Shown: positions 8,733-19,198, numbered from the stretch's first letter. The stretch: DNA of 40,529 bases from Thermococcus sp. JdFR-02 (GCA_002009975.1 MTLP01000032.1:127443-167971), one strand, 5' to 3'. The notes: generated by a model not told the origin, from the letters alone. A program made the numbers and translations.

Positions 8733-10649
8733 CTATCTTTCTTCTTTATAAAATCTTTTTAGCAATAGCTTCATCTTTTCTAAGGTTACAACCCTCATAG
8801 AGTCAAGCATCCAATCCGGTAAATCCTTCTTTATTGACCTCCACAAAAGGCGATAGTCCAAAACTATTATTGCTCCCCTTTCTTCTTCACTTCTATGCAC
8901 CCTACCAGCGGCTTGAACCAATTTTCTATGAGCTGGAAGATAGTAACCATAATATCTACCTTTTCCAGGGAATTTCTTTTCAAAATACCTTATCTGGGCT
9001 TGAACTCTTGGAGTAGGTCTTGCATAGGGAATCCCAACCAAAATCACACCATTCATCTCATCTCCACTATAATCTTGTCCCTCACTATTTCTACCACCAG
9101 TAACACCCAACAAAACACCACCATCTCTTTTAGACTCCTCTTTAAACGCTTTAACCAAGAGATCATTTTCTTTTGAGGTTGCGTTCTTTTTTTCGATAAA
9201 GACTTTTTTCCCAACTTCCTCCTCTATTCTTAGATGTAAATTAACTGAGATTAATCCCTCTAAAACTTCATAAGAAGCTGTAAATACTCCAACATTCTTT
9301 GGAATTATTTTTGCAGCTTCGATTATGTAATTGGACAATTTTCTGTACAATTCCAAGTTTCTTTCCTCACCTCTCGTTGAAACATCCTTAGCAACTAAAA
9401 CAATTGCATTTTCTTTCTTTACCATTCTTGGAAACTTCTTTAGCTTAGCCTTTATCCCCATTATGTCTGAAAATGCTTCTAAAGGTGTTAAAGTTCCAGA
9501 CATAAATATTGCCGACTGGACGTTTTCTACAAACTCCAAAGCTTTTGAAGGATCCAAAGCCACTAACTCCAAAGAAAAGCCTCCATTAATCTTACTCATT
9601 ATAAACAGGTAATCTTCCCTTCCAATAACAGAGAGCCAATTTACCAAAAATTCTGCTGTCCTTCCAATGTAAGACCTTGGAGGCTTGTTCTTTTCTATCT
9701 TATCTTCCCTAACAGCATCTCCAACCTCAAGCATTGTGTTTAAGAATCGAATCAAAAACTTCTCATCAATTCCTAAAATGTCAAAAACGTGCATAAAAAT
9801 ACTTTCTGGTAAAATTGGGGTTTCAGTTATATCCCTATCTTTAAGCTTTTCGTCGTAAAGATTTTCAAGACCTTTAAGAAAAATGCTCAAAAAATTAGCT
9901 ATCTCATGTTCCTTATACTGTTCAGCTTCTTTTATTGCCCTTAAAATGCTGATAACACTTAGTTTATCGCTTAGAGCTTCAATAGCTTGATTTGGTAAAT
10001 TGTGAGCTTCATCAAAAATGACTATCAAGTCCGACAAATCAAGGTCAAAATACCTCAGGAAGTTCTCTCTAATTGGGGGGCTTATCATGTAAAGATAACT
10101 CGCCACTATCACATTTGCCTTTAGCGCAATCTTGCGCGTTAGCTCGTAAGGGCAGAACTCTAAAAGTTGGGAATACTTTAAAACCTCAATTGGCTCTGAA
10201 GGATTTCCCAAGAAGTAGTTAGCAATCTCCTCAAACTCTTCCTTCTTCTTTTTGACATTCTCGTAGAATGGACACTTCTTGAGCTTCTTTAAATTTTTAC
10301 AAACTATCATAGCATTGTATGCGTCGGGAGCAAAGTTGAGTATGTACTGATGAAGACACAAATCTTTTCGGCTCCTAAGCGCTACCCCACCTATAGGATT
10401 CTTTTTGTTTATGGCTTTCAGCTCCTCAATAACCCTATCCATCTGCTTATGCGTCCTTGCTAAATAGAGAACTTTGTATCCCAAGCTTAGAGCATAGGGC
10501 AAAACACCGGCTAAAACACTGATCGTCTTTCCAAAACCTGTAGGAGCTTCAATAATCACGTTTTCTCCATTTCTAACTACCTCATCAACTAACTTGATGA
10601 ACTCTTCTTGGTTCGGTCTTAACGTTGGATATGGGAAATAATCGCTCAT
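8733..10649 (-). CDS. xpd: XPD/Rad3-family Fe-S DNA helicase
   Basis: Q-motif LRPNQ, APTGFGKT, four Fe-S cysteines (DLC..C..CPFY..CPY), DEAH, SGTL, QAAGRVHR. Confidence 0.93.
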   Translation of the reverse strand: MSDYFPYPTLRPNQEEFIKLVDEVVRNGENVIIEAPTGFGKTISVLAGVLPYALSLGYKVLYLARTHKQMDRVIEELKAINKKNPIGGVALRSRKDLCLHQYILNFAPDAYNAMIVCKNLKKLKKCPFYENVKKKKEEFEEIANYFLGNPSEPIEVLKYSQLLEFCPYELTRKIALKANVIVASYLYMISPPIRENFLRYFDLDLSDLIVIFDEAHNLPNQAIEALSDKLSVISILRAIKEAEQYKEHEIANFLSIFLKGLENLYDEKLKDRDITETPILPESIFMHVFDILGIDEKFLIRFLNTMLEVGDAVREDKIEKNKPPRSYIGRTAEFLVNWLSVIGREDYLFIMSKINGGFSLELVALDPSKALEFVENVQSAIFMSGTLTPLEAFSDIMGIKAKLKKFPRMVKKENAIVLVAKDVSTRGEERNLELYRKLSNYIIEAAKIIPKNVGVFTASYEVLEGLISVNLHLRIEEEVGKKVFIEKKNATSKENDLLVKAFKEESKRDGGVLLGVTGGRNSEGQDYSGDEMNGVILVGIPYARPTPRVQAQIRYFEKKFPGKGRYYGYYLPAHRKLVQAAGRVHRSEEERGAIIVLDYRLLWRSIKKDLPDWMLDSMRVVTLEKMKLLLKRFYKEER

Positions 10650-10720
10650 GTTCTCACATAGAAAAAGTTATTAATTAAAGGGATTTTATATTTTTCCCAA
10701 GAACGAATGGAGGCTTAAAT

Positions 10721-12011
<1,291 letters not shown>

Positions 12012-12062
12012 TTAGATGTTCATCTTAATGGTCGAGTTGGAAATATTTAAAGGTTTAGGTGA

Positions 12063-12488
12063 ATGAAAGAAAAATATAAGACCTCAGACGTCAAACTAAA
12101 ACACATGAAACAGAGAGAAGCAACTGGAATATTAATCACAATTCTCTGGATCCCTATGGTATATCTTCTGAAAGACACAAATTGGTTTCTTCCTTTACTA
12201 TCATTCCCTTTTACAGTTATACTCGCCCTTCTTGTTCTAAAGGAATTTCAAGTTAGATATAAGCTCTTTTTTACAGGAGTAATCATCTCTTATTTAATAT
12301 CCATAATCCTATGGATAGGTCGAGAATATAATCATATCAAGACCTTAATCAGCCACGATCTTGATGATGCCCTCTCCTTGCTTTTTGGAACCTCTCTAGT
12401 TTTGGCTTTTTATGTCTTCTTATTCTTTATTGGATGGGTGATTTATGCGCTTAAATTTGAGGAAAAATCCCAAAATTTTAAATCTTAA
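12063..12488 (+). CDS. Hypothetical membrane protein (about 4 TM helices)
   Basis: Hydrophobic segments throughout; no recognised motif. Confidence 0.6.
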   Translation: MKEKYKTSDVKLKHMKQREATGILITILWIPMVYLLKDTNWFLPLLSFPFTVILALLVLKEFQVRYKLFFTGVIISYLISIILWIGREYNHIKTLISHDLDDALSLLFGTSLVLAFYVFLFFIGWVIYALKFEEKSQNFKS

Positions 12489-12505
12489 AAAACCATTTAG
12501 TTTTT

Positions 12506-13195
12506 ATGTTGCTGAAGCTTCCAATAATTGACTGTGTCTTTCTTGAGAGAATTAACCGCTTTGTTGCCTTAATAAAGATCAATGGGAAAGTTAAGAGAGC
12601 CTTAATCACAAATACCGGTCGTTTAGAGAAATTTATGGTTAAAGGGAGAAAGGCTTTTTGCATGCCAAAGCAAGGCGGAAAAACAGAGTTTATTCTAATT
12701 GGATTTGATGAGGGAGAAAAAGGAGCCATAATAGACACGAGAACCCAAGCAAAAGCCTTTGAAAAAGCCGTTGAGATGGGTTTGATCACTTGGCTTAAAA
12801 ACTGCAAAATAAAGCATAAAGAGGTTAAAATTGGAAGTTCTCGCTTGGATTATTTGTTGGAATGTAATGGGGAAGAGATTTGGGTTGAAATGAAAAGTGC
12901 GGTATTGCGTGAAGGGGAATATGCAATGTACCCAGATTGCCCAAGTATTAGAGGACAAAAGCACATAAAGGAGTTGATTACCCTAAAGGAACAGGGAAAG
13001 AAAGCAATGATTCTATTTATATGTGCATTGCCAAATGTGAAAAAGTTTAAACCCTACGAAAAGGGAGATCCAGAAATTGCAAAGCTTTTAAGATTAGCAA
13101 AGAAGAAGGGTGTTGAAATTAGGGCAATTGGAATTAGTCTTTTGCCAAGTGGAGAGGTTGTTTTAGAGAATGAAAACTTAGAAGTTGAGGTTTAG
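12506..13195 (+). CDS. sfsA: DNA/RNA nuclease SfsA
   Basis: FLERINRF, NTGRL, SRLDYLL, WVEMKS, YPDCPSIRGQKH. Confidence 0.93.
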   Translation: MLLKLPIIDCVFLERINRFVALIKINGKVKRALITNTGRLEKFMVKGRKAFCMPKQGGKTEFILIGFDEGEKGAIIDTRTQAKAFEKAVEMGLITWLKNCKIKHKEVKIGSSRLDYLLECNGEEIWVEMKSAVLREGEYAMYPDCPSIRGQKHIKELITLKEQGKKAMILFICALPNVKKFKPYEKGDPEIAKLLRLAKKKGVEIRAIGISLLPSGEVVLENENLEVEV

Positions 13196-14078
13196 AGAGA
13201 TGGTTATTGTTAAAGGCATTGGCTTGGACAGCTCTTCAAAAATTGCCTTTCAAAGTCACGCTCATACTGACCATTTTGTTAGCGGAAGACTTATTATAGC
13301 TACAAAAGCAACGAAATATTTAAGCCACTTAAGAAAAGGTGGCTTCTACAAGGTTTATCCTTTCAATAAGAGCTTTTATATTGGTGATTACAAAGCTAAG
13401 CTATTACCTGCAGGACATATGTTAGGTTCTGCACAAATTTATATTGAGTTTGACGAATTCTCACTCTTATATACAGGGGATGTAAAATGGTTTAAGCTTA
13501 GAACCGCAGAGAAAAGTTGTTTTAGAAAAGCAGATGTCCTGATGATTGAAGCAACATACGGTGTACCAATGTTCAATTTTCCAACTCCAAGAGAAGCTGA
13601 GAAAAAGTTAATTGCCTTTGTTGAGGAAGCCTTAGACAGGGAAAAGACACCAACACTCTATGCAAATCAAGTTGGAAAGGCTCAAGAGCTTTTAAAAATT
13701 CTCGATATTCATGGTTATTCTGTCAAGGCTTCAAGACAAATAGTGAAGTTTGCAAAGGTTTACGAAAAGTTCTGGATAAAATTTAACAATATCTCAAAAG
13801 ATGGGGAGGTTACTTTGAGAGGTGTGAAAACTCAAAAACCTGAGAATTCTCTTTCTCCTTCCGAGCTTTATGTCTCTGGCTTTGGTCAATTAAAGTTAAG
13901 CAACCATGCAGATTTCTGGGAATTGATGAGAATCATTGAAAAAGTTAAGCCCAAAAAAATATACACTCTCTATGGCTACGCTGAAGAATTTGCGAGGTTA
14001 TTAAGGGGATTGGGATACAATGCAGAATCTTTACGTAATGATGCGTTACCACTAAATATTTATCCCTTTAAAGGATAA
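13185..14078 (+). CDS. MBL-fold/beta-CASP-like nuclease
   Basis: SHAHTDH, AGHMLGS, YTGD, EATYG and SNHAD motifs. The start may be ATG 13200. Confidence 0.85.
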   Translation: MRFREMVIVKGIGLDSSSKIAFQSHAHTDHFVSGRLIIATKATKYLSHLRKGGFYKVYPFNKSFYIGDYKAKLLPAGHMLGSAQIYIEFDEFSLLYTGDVKWFKLRTAEKSCFRKADVLMIEATYGVPMFNFPTPREAEKKLIAFVEEALDREKTPTLYANQVGKAQELLKILDIHGYSVKASRQIVKFAKVYEKFWIKFNNISKDGEVTLRGVKTQKPENSLSPSELYVSGFGQLKLSNHADFWELMRIIEKVKPKKIYTLYGYAEEFARLLRGLGYNAESLRNDALPLNIYPFKG

Positions 14079-14197
14079 TTAAGTTTATGAAACGTAATTT
14101 GTTAAAGGGCTATAATGCAAGAAAAAACAGGTACCTTCTCCTTATGATTATTAGGAATAAGCGTAGAGTAATTAGGAAAAGGGAACTAGTATTTGAG

Positions 14198-14503
14198 ATG
14201 AAGCTTCAAAAGATGCTTGATATTATAGATGCTGTAGAAAACTGGGTTGAAGTTGCAGATATCGATAATTCACTTAAATTAATGTTTCTACATTTTCTTC
14301 GAAGCTTTACCAGTAAAATTTCAACTTTTACATACAGAGATACTGCAAAAAATCTTTTTTATTTTGAGTTGAAAGATTTAGAACGCAAATTAGACTCCTT
14401 GGCAGATAAGATATCTCAAAAAAGTCCCTTCTTTAAAACCCTGTATTTTAGGCTTAAATTAGCTCTGGATGAGTTTTATAAAGAGTTTGGCATAGAGAGA
14501 TAG
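14198..14503 (+). CDS. Small helical hypothetical protein upstream of kaiC
   Basis: ORF open from 14087; probable start MKLQK at 14198. Weak similarity to the product of 15902-16201. Confidence 0.6.
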   Translation: MKLQKMLDIIDAVENWVEVADIDNSLKLMFLHFLRSFTSKISTFTYRDTAKNLFYFELKDLERKLDSLADKISQKSPFFKTLYFRLKLALDEFYKEFGIER

Positions 14504-14550
14504 GTATTCTTAAATAGTAATATTGACCAAGATACAGTTGGTGAGAATTC

Positions 14551-15909
14551 GTGAAAAGCGGAATCAAATTCTTTGATGAAAATATCGTAAAAGATGGGTT
14601 TCCAGAAGGATCACTAATTCTGATTGCTGGAGAACCAGGGGCAGGAAAAACAATTTTTGCTTCTACATTTGTTTATAACGGAATGGCAAAATTCGGAGAG
14701 AAAGGGATTTACGTTTCACTTGCAGAGACAAAAGAAGACTACTATGAAGAAATGAAAAAGCTTGGGATGGATTTTGAAAAGTTTGAAAAAGAAGGCCTCT
14801 TCAAATTTATTGATCTCGTTACTGTAACCTCTGAAACTATTGAAAAAGAGATTGAGCTTATAATGAAGGAGATTATAACTTTCCAACCAAAGAGAATAGT
14901 TATTGATCCTATAAGTGCTTTTGCACAACTTTTGGGTGCTGAAAAAACGAGAATCTTTCTTCATACAACCTTAGGACGTTTTATTAAAGCTTATAACACT
15001 GTCACCTTTTTAATTGCTGAAAAACCGCTTGGGAGAGAAGTTATTGGATATGGCGTTGAAGAATTCATTGTTGATGGCGTGATTATACTTAAATATATCA
15101 AAATGGGAGAAATAACCAGAAGGGTCATGGAAATTCCAAAAATGAGGAAAAGAGATATTGAGAGAGCTCAATACGAATATGCAATAACAAATGAAGGTAT
15201 TGAATTCTTAGCTGTTCCAGAGCTTATTAGGGGAGAGAAAGAAGCATCCATGGAAAAAGTAACCACAGGAATCAAAAAATTAGATGAGCTTTTGGAGGGT
15301 GGTGTTTATAAAGGCTCCATAACTCTTTTTGTTGGAATGACGGGTACGGGAAAAACCACCTTTGGTTTGCATTTTGTAATAGCAAATGCTCTCCAAGGGC
15401 GAAAAGCAGCTTATGTATCATTTGAAGAGCCAATAGGGCAGGTAATAAGGACAGCAAAAAACTATGGGATGCCAATTGATGAGCTTTTAAAACAAAACTT
15501 AAAGATGTTTAGCTGGGTTCCAGAGGCAAGAACACCAGTTTACACCTTCCTAAAACTTAGAAGGATAATAGAAGAATTTGAACCAGAAATTCTCGTCATT
15601 GAAAGTTTAACTGCTTTAAGAGAACATATGGACGAAAAAGAACTGATAAAGATGATTCGCTATCTTAATTTGCTTGTAAAAGAGCACGACATAGCCGTTT
15701 ACATAACTCTAAATGCAGAGACAGACTTTGAAACAGTTCCATTTACAAAAGCAAGCACATTGTCAGACAATATAATCGGCTTAAAATACGTGATTAAAGG
15801 AGATTCTATAGAACGCAGACTTGCAATAATTAAGTCAAGAGGTTCAAATCACTCAAGGAAGATTTACAAATACGAGATTACCGATAAGGGGGTGGTAATT
15901 TATGAATGA
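14551..15909 (+). CDS. kaiC: Double-domain KaiC-like ATPase (KaiC/RAD55 family)
   Basis: Two Walker A motifs (GEPGAGKT, GMTGTGKT); CI GVEEFIVDGVIIL and KMR; CII SFEE, ASTLSDNII and KSRGSNH. Confidence 0.9.
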   Translation: MKSGIKFFDENIVKDGFPEGSLILIAGEPGAGKTIFASTFVYNGMAKFGEKGIYVSLAETKEDYYEEMKKLGMDFEKFEKEGLFKFIDLVTVTSETIEKEIELIMKEIITFQPKRIVIDPISAFAQLLGAEKTRIFLHTTLGRFIKAYNTVTFLIAEKPLGREVIGYGVEEFIVDGVIILKYIKMGEITRRVMEIPKMRKRDIERAQYEYAITNEGIEFLAVPELIRGEKEASMEKVTTGIKKLDELLEGGVYKGSITLFVGMTGTGKTTFGLHFVIANALQGRKAAYVSFEEPIGQVIRTAKNYGMPIDELLKQNLKMFSWVPEARTPVYTFLKLRRIIEEFEPEILVIESLTALREHMDEKELIKMIRYLNLLVKEHDIAVYITLNAETDFETVPFTKASTLSDNIIGLKYVIKGDSIERRLAIIKSRGSNHSRKIYKYEITDKGVVIYE

Positions 15910-16201
15910 AGCTCAAAACGTTGTCATTAAAGCCGTCATTTATGCAATAGAAAAAGCCGACCCTACACTCAAAAATCTTTTGGAGTTTCATTTAAAGAGC
16001 ACAACAGGGAAAGGATTTGAATTAGCTTATGAAAATCCAGAAGAATTTAAGAGAAGTGTTTCTAAGCTCTTTGGAGAGTACAGTGGAAGGTTATTGGAGA
16101 TGCTCATTATAGGTTACTTCAAAGAAAATGTTGGACTTAAGGGAGATGTAAACAACTTAGAAGAGCTTGTTGTTTACCTCAAAAAGATATATGGTGAGTA
16201 A
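15902..16201 (+). CDS. Small KaiC-associated helical protein (resembles NitrOD5/DUF3227-like output domains)
   Basis: Overlaps the kaiC stop; pattern LEFHLKS..GKGFELAYENPEEFKRSVSKLFGEYSGRLLE. Confidence 0.65.
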   Translation: MNEAQNVVIKAVIYAIEKADPTLKNLLEFHLKSTTGKGFELAYENPEEFKRSVSKLFGEYSGRLLEMLIIGYFKENVGLKGDVNNLEELVVYLKKIYGE

Positions 16202-16901
16202 AGTGCAGTCCAATCCATTAGACATTGTAGCAGCATCTTCTAAGAGGATAACCCCAACTCTTATTCAGTATGAAGTCGGAAGCGAGGTTGAAATTATAAT
16301 TTTTAACCTACTCTCAGAACTCAAGAAATCCTATGAAAAGATAATAATAGTTTCATTCTACGATGCATATGCAACACTTTTGAGATATCTGAACAGTGTC
16401 TTCAATCCCCAAAATGTTCAGGAGGTTTTTGATGATGTTTATTTGGTCTCAATAAGCCCTCTTCTTGAAGTGAATTTAAAGCCCAATGATGTGATAAAAG
16501 CCGACCAGCATGAAATAATCTCTGGAAGACTTTTTGAGATTACAGGATTAATAGAAGAAAAATCCTTAATCCTGATCTTAGGTCCCGACTTTTTTGGCAT
16601 CAAGATTGGAAAGGATTCATTAATAGAACTCGTACCATCCCTAATGACCACTTTAAGCAGAAAGAAGGACCTCAACATAATAATAACGCTAAATATCAAA
16701 ATTTTTCCAGAGAACATAATTGAGATAATAAACAGTTTTGCATTTAACGTTATCAAACTAGGAGTTGAGGTGAGTAATTCCAAAATTAAACGCCAAATGA
16801 CCATTTTAAGGAGTGTTTTTCTCGAATACAATCTTAAAAGATGGTACTATAAACTTTTAGGCAAAACTTTAATTTTTACCCCCGCTTTTTCAGAGGACTA
16901 A
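16191..16901 (+). CDS. Degenerate KaiC/RecA-fold protein (DUF257-like) lacking Walker A
   Basis: TLIQY, IIIVSFYDAY, LILILGPD, FAFNVIKL and QMTILRS follow the RecA-core strand order with no P-loop. Probable start ATG 16191. Confidence 0.6.
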   Translation: MVSKVQSNPLDIVAASSKRITPTLIQYEVGSEVEIIIFNLLSELKKSYEKIIIVSFYDAYATLLRYLNSVFNPQNVQEVFDDVYLVSISPLLEVNLKPNDVIKADQHEIISGRLFEITGLIEEKSLILILGPDFFGIKIGKDSLIELVPSLMTTLSRKKDLNIIITLNIKIFPENIIEIINSFAFNVIKLGVEVSNSKIKRQMTILRSVFLEYNLKRWYYKLLGKTLIFTPAFSED

Positions 16902-16944
16902 TTTTTTAAGCACTCTTCTTTTTTACCTATATAACCAACTAGGG

Positions 16945-17925
16945 GTGATGTTCATGGAGGTTAATCTAAATGAGCAGAAGGTTGTTAAAGACATTAAAAT
17001 TGAGAAAGGAATGAATGTTAATCAGATTACAAAGCAACTTTATGAAAGCGGGGGCTTTGTTGCAAAGAAATTTGGCTTAGCTGTAGAGATTCTCGAGAGA
17101 ATGGTAAAAGATGAAAACACGTTTAGATTTTTGAGCTTTCCAGCTTGTATAATGGCAACAGGAACGAGAGGAATTATAGTTGAACTCATTAAGAAGAGAC
17201 TCTTTAATGCTGTAATAACGACATGTGGAACCTTAGATCACGACTTAGCTCGCTTATGGAAGCCCTATTATCATGGCTCATTCTTAATGGATGATAGAGA
17301 ACTTCACAAGCAGGGAATTAATCGTTTAGGAAACGTATTAGTTCCAAACGACAGCTATTGGGTAGTTGAGGAAAAACTTCAAAATATACTCCAAGAAATC
17401 TATGATGAAGGAAAGAGAAGGTTAGCTACTTACGAGTTAATTTGGGAAATAGGAAGGCGATTGGAAAATGAAAAAGGAAAGGAGAACAGCTTGATATATT
17501 GGGCTTATAAGAACAGGATTCCAGTTTTCGTGCCGGGAATTACAGATGGTGCAGTTGGATATCAAATTTGGCTCTTTGCTCAAGATAAGAGTGATTTCAT
17601 CATTGATGTTTTTAAAGATGAGAGCAAGTTGGACGAGATAATGGCAACTCTTGATAGGGAAAACAAAAAAAGCGGCGCTTTGATGATAGGTGGTGGAATA
17701 AGCAAGCATCATACAATTTGGTGGAACCAGTTCTACAAAGAAGGCTTGGATTACGCTGTTTACATAACAACAGCCGTTGAATGGGATGGCTCATTAAGCG
17801 GAGCAAGAATAAGGGAAGCTGTATCTTGGGGTAAAGTTAAGGAAGACGCAAGATACGTTACTGTTGAAGGAGATGCAACACTCTTATTACCATTCATGAT
17901 CGCCGCCCTTTTGGAAAGGCTCTAA
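16945..17925 (+). CDS. dys: Deoxyhypusine synthase
   Basis: GGFVA, ITTCGTLDHD, GINRLGNV, ITDGAVG, IGGGISKHH, DGSLSGA and EAVSWGK (catalytic Lys). Confidence 0.95.
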   Translation: MMFMEVNLNEQKVVKDIKIEKGMNVNQITKQLYESGGFVAKKFGLAVEILERMVKDENTFRFLSFPACIMATGTRGIIVELIKKRLFNAVITTCGTLDHDLARLWKPYYHGSFLMDDRELHKQGINRLGNVLVPNDSYWVVEEKLQNILQEIYDEGKRRLATYELIWEIGRRLENEKGKENSLIYWAYKNRIPVFVPGITDGAVGYQIWLFAQDKSDFIIDVFKDESKLDEIMATLDRENKKSGALMIGGGISKHHTIWWNQFYKEGLDYAVYITTAVEWDGSLSGARIREAVSWGKVKEDARYVTVEGDATLLLPFMIAALLERL

Positions 17926-17958
17926 TGCAAAAGAGGAGAAGGAGTTATCTCTTTTAAT

Positions 17959-18126
17959 GGGGCTAATGCCCCCATATTCCCCACAAATTTTTGGGACATA
18001 AAAAGGGCTTGCTTTAAAATGAAAAGTTGAAAATAACACATAGAATGGATTTAAAACGGAACACAAATTAAGCAAACTAATTCTAAAAAACTAACTTTGA
18101 TCAAACTTTTACTTAGCAAAAGTTTG
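17959..18126. repeat. Hairpin-bounded intergenic element (REP/MITE-like remnant candidate)
   Basis: Hairpin GGGGC-TAAT-GCCCC at 17959-17972 and 9-bp inverted repeat CAAACTTTT-N7-AAAAGTTTG at 18102-18126. Confidence 0.4.
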
Positions 18127-18191
18127 TTAAGAAGGGGGTAATAACCCGCCCAAGTTCATTGAATCCTCCTTCGGAGGTACTCCCCGGGCAT
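18127..18191 (-). ncRNA. Candidate structured small RNA or micro-ORF leader
   Basis: GC-rich island. The minus strand folds GCCCGGG/CUUGGGC (two G-U pairs) around CCUCC-GAA-GGAGG; BRE/TATA-like CGAAATGCTTTTTAG upstream. Confidence 0.45.
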
Positions 18192-18283
18192 TTTATAATT
18201 ATGTGTCATTACTAAAAAGCATTTCGCTTCAACTTGCCTTGAAGTTTTAGGAATTCTTAAATCCAATGAGAAAAATATAACAA

Positions 18284-19198
18284 ATGGGGATAATTATGAG
18301 AAAGAGATTCTATGTGAGTGTGTTAATTTTGATAATTCTTGCATTAGCTTTTGTTATAGGGAATTATTTTGGAGGTGTTAAGGAGAGCCCTTATGAAAGC
18401 TATTCTGATCAAATTTATACTCCAGCAGCAAAGAAGGGCTTGAGTTTTGAAATTCTTCCTCAAAAACAAGTTCAATACACACCAACAGCTACGCTTGCAA
18501 CTCCCGAATACAAGCAAGTTACAAGTGAAGTATTGGTTCAAAGGCTTAAGAAGGATTACTACATAACAATCCAAGACGATGATCCAATAAGCGTTGCAGA
18601 AGCGATAAAGGAAAAGGTTTCTTCCTTAAACGGATATGTAATAACAGAAGAACTCAGCAAAAGTAAAAGCTTAACAGTCTATTACCTTGAATTTAGAATA
18701 CCAAATGATGCCGCAAGCGAAGAAGAAATGGGAACTTTGTTAAAAAGTTTCAACGTTAGAGAGCTTAGACTTGAAAGTGAAGACGTTACAAGCAGATATA
18801 ATCAAATTATTGCAGAAATTCAAAGCTTGGAAGAGGAGTTAAAGCATTTGCAGGAGTTTTACAGCAAAGCTGAAGATGTAAATGACTTAATGAACATTGA
18901 AAAAAGGATAAGCGAAGTTAACTCTCGTTTGAACTACTTGTATCTGCAAAAAGATTATTATGAAAAAGTCACCGACTACATCACGTATCATGTTAGAATT
19001 GAAAGCAGAGAAGAGCCTGTTTTTGAGGCTGAACTTAACCTCATGAAAACTATATATCAGGCAGTTTATGCATTAATACTTATAATTAGAGGGTTAATTG
19101 CATTAACCATAATATCCCTGCCATTTGTAGGGCTTTATCTCCTTGGAAAAACGATATACAAAAAATACTACAAAGCTATCCAAAAAGAAAAGGAGTGA
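18284..19198 (+). CDS. DUF4349-domain membrane protein
   Basis: N-terminal TM, GYV..E, EFRIP, SEDVTSRY, coiled coil, DYITYHV, C-terminal TM. Confidence 0.8.
   Translation: MGIIMRKRFYVSVLILIILALAFVIGNYFGGVKESPYESYSDQIYTPAAKKGLSFEILPQKQVQYTPTATLATPEYKQVTSEVLVQRLKKDYYITIQDDDPISVAEAIKEKVSSLNGYVITEELSKSKSLTVYYLEFRIPNDAASEEEMGTLLKSFNVRELRLESEDVTSRYNQIIAEIQSLEEELKHLQEFYSKAEDVNDLMNIEKRISEVNSRLNYLYLQKDYYEKVTDYITYHVRIESREEPVFEAELNLMKTIYQAVYALILIIRGLIALTIISLPFVGLYLLGKTIYKKYYKAIQKEKE

Noticed and set aside
14551-15909. A true circadian clock
   Set aside because: No kaiA or kaiB in the window and no KaiA-binding tail. Oscillation cannot be inferred from sequence.
17887-18075. 62-aa minus-strand ORF in the dys-DUF4349 gap
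   Set aside because: TTG start, atypical composition, overlap with the 3' end of dys and with hairpins; probably non-coding.
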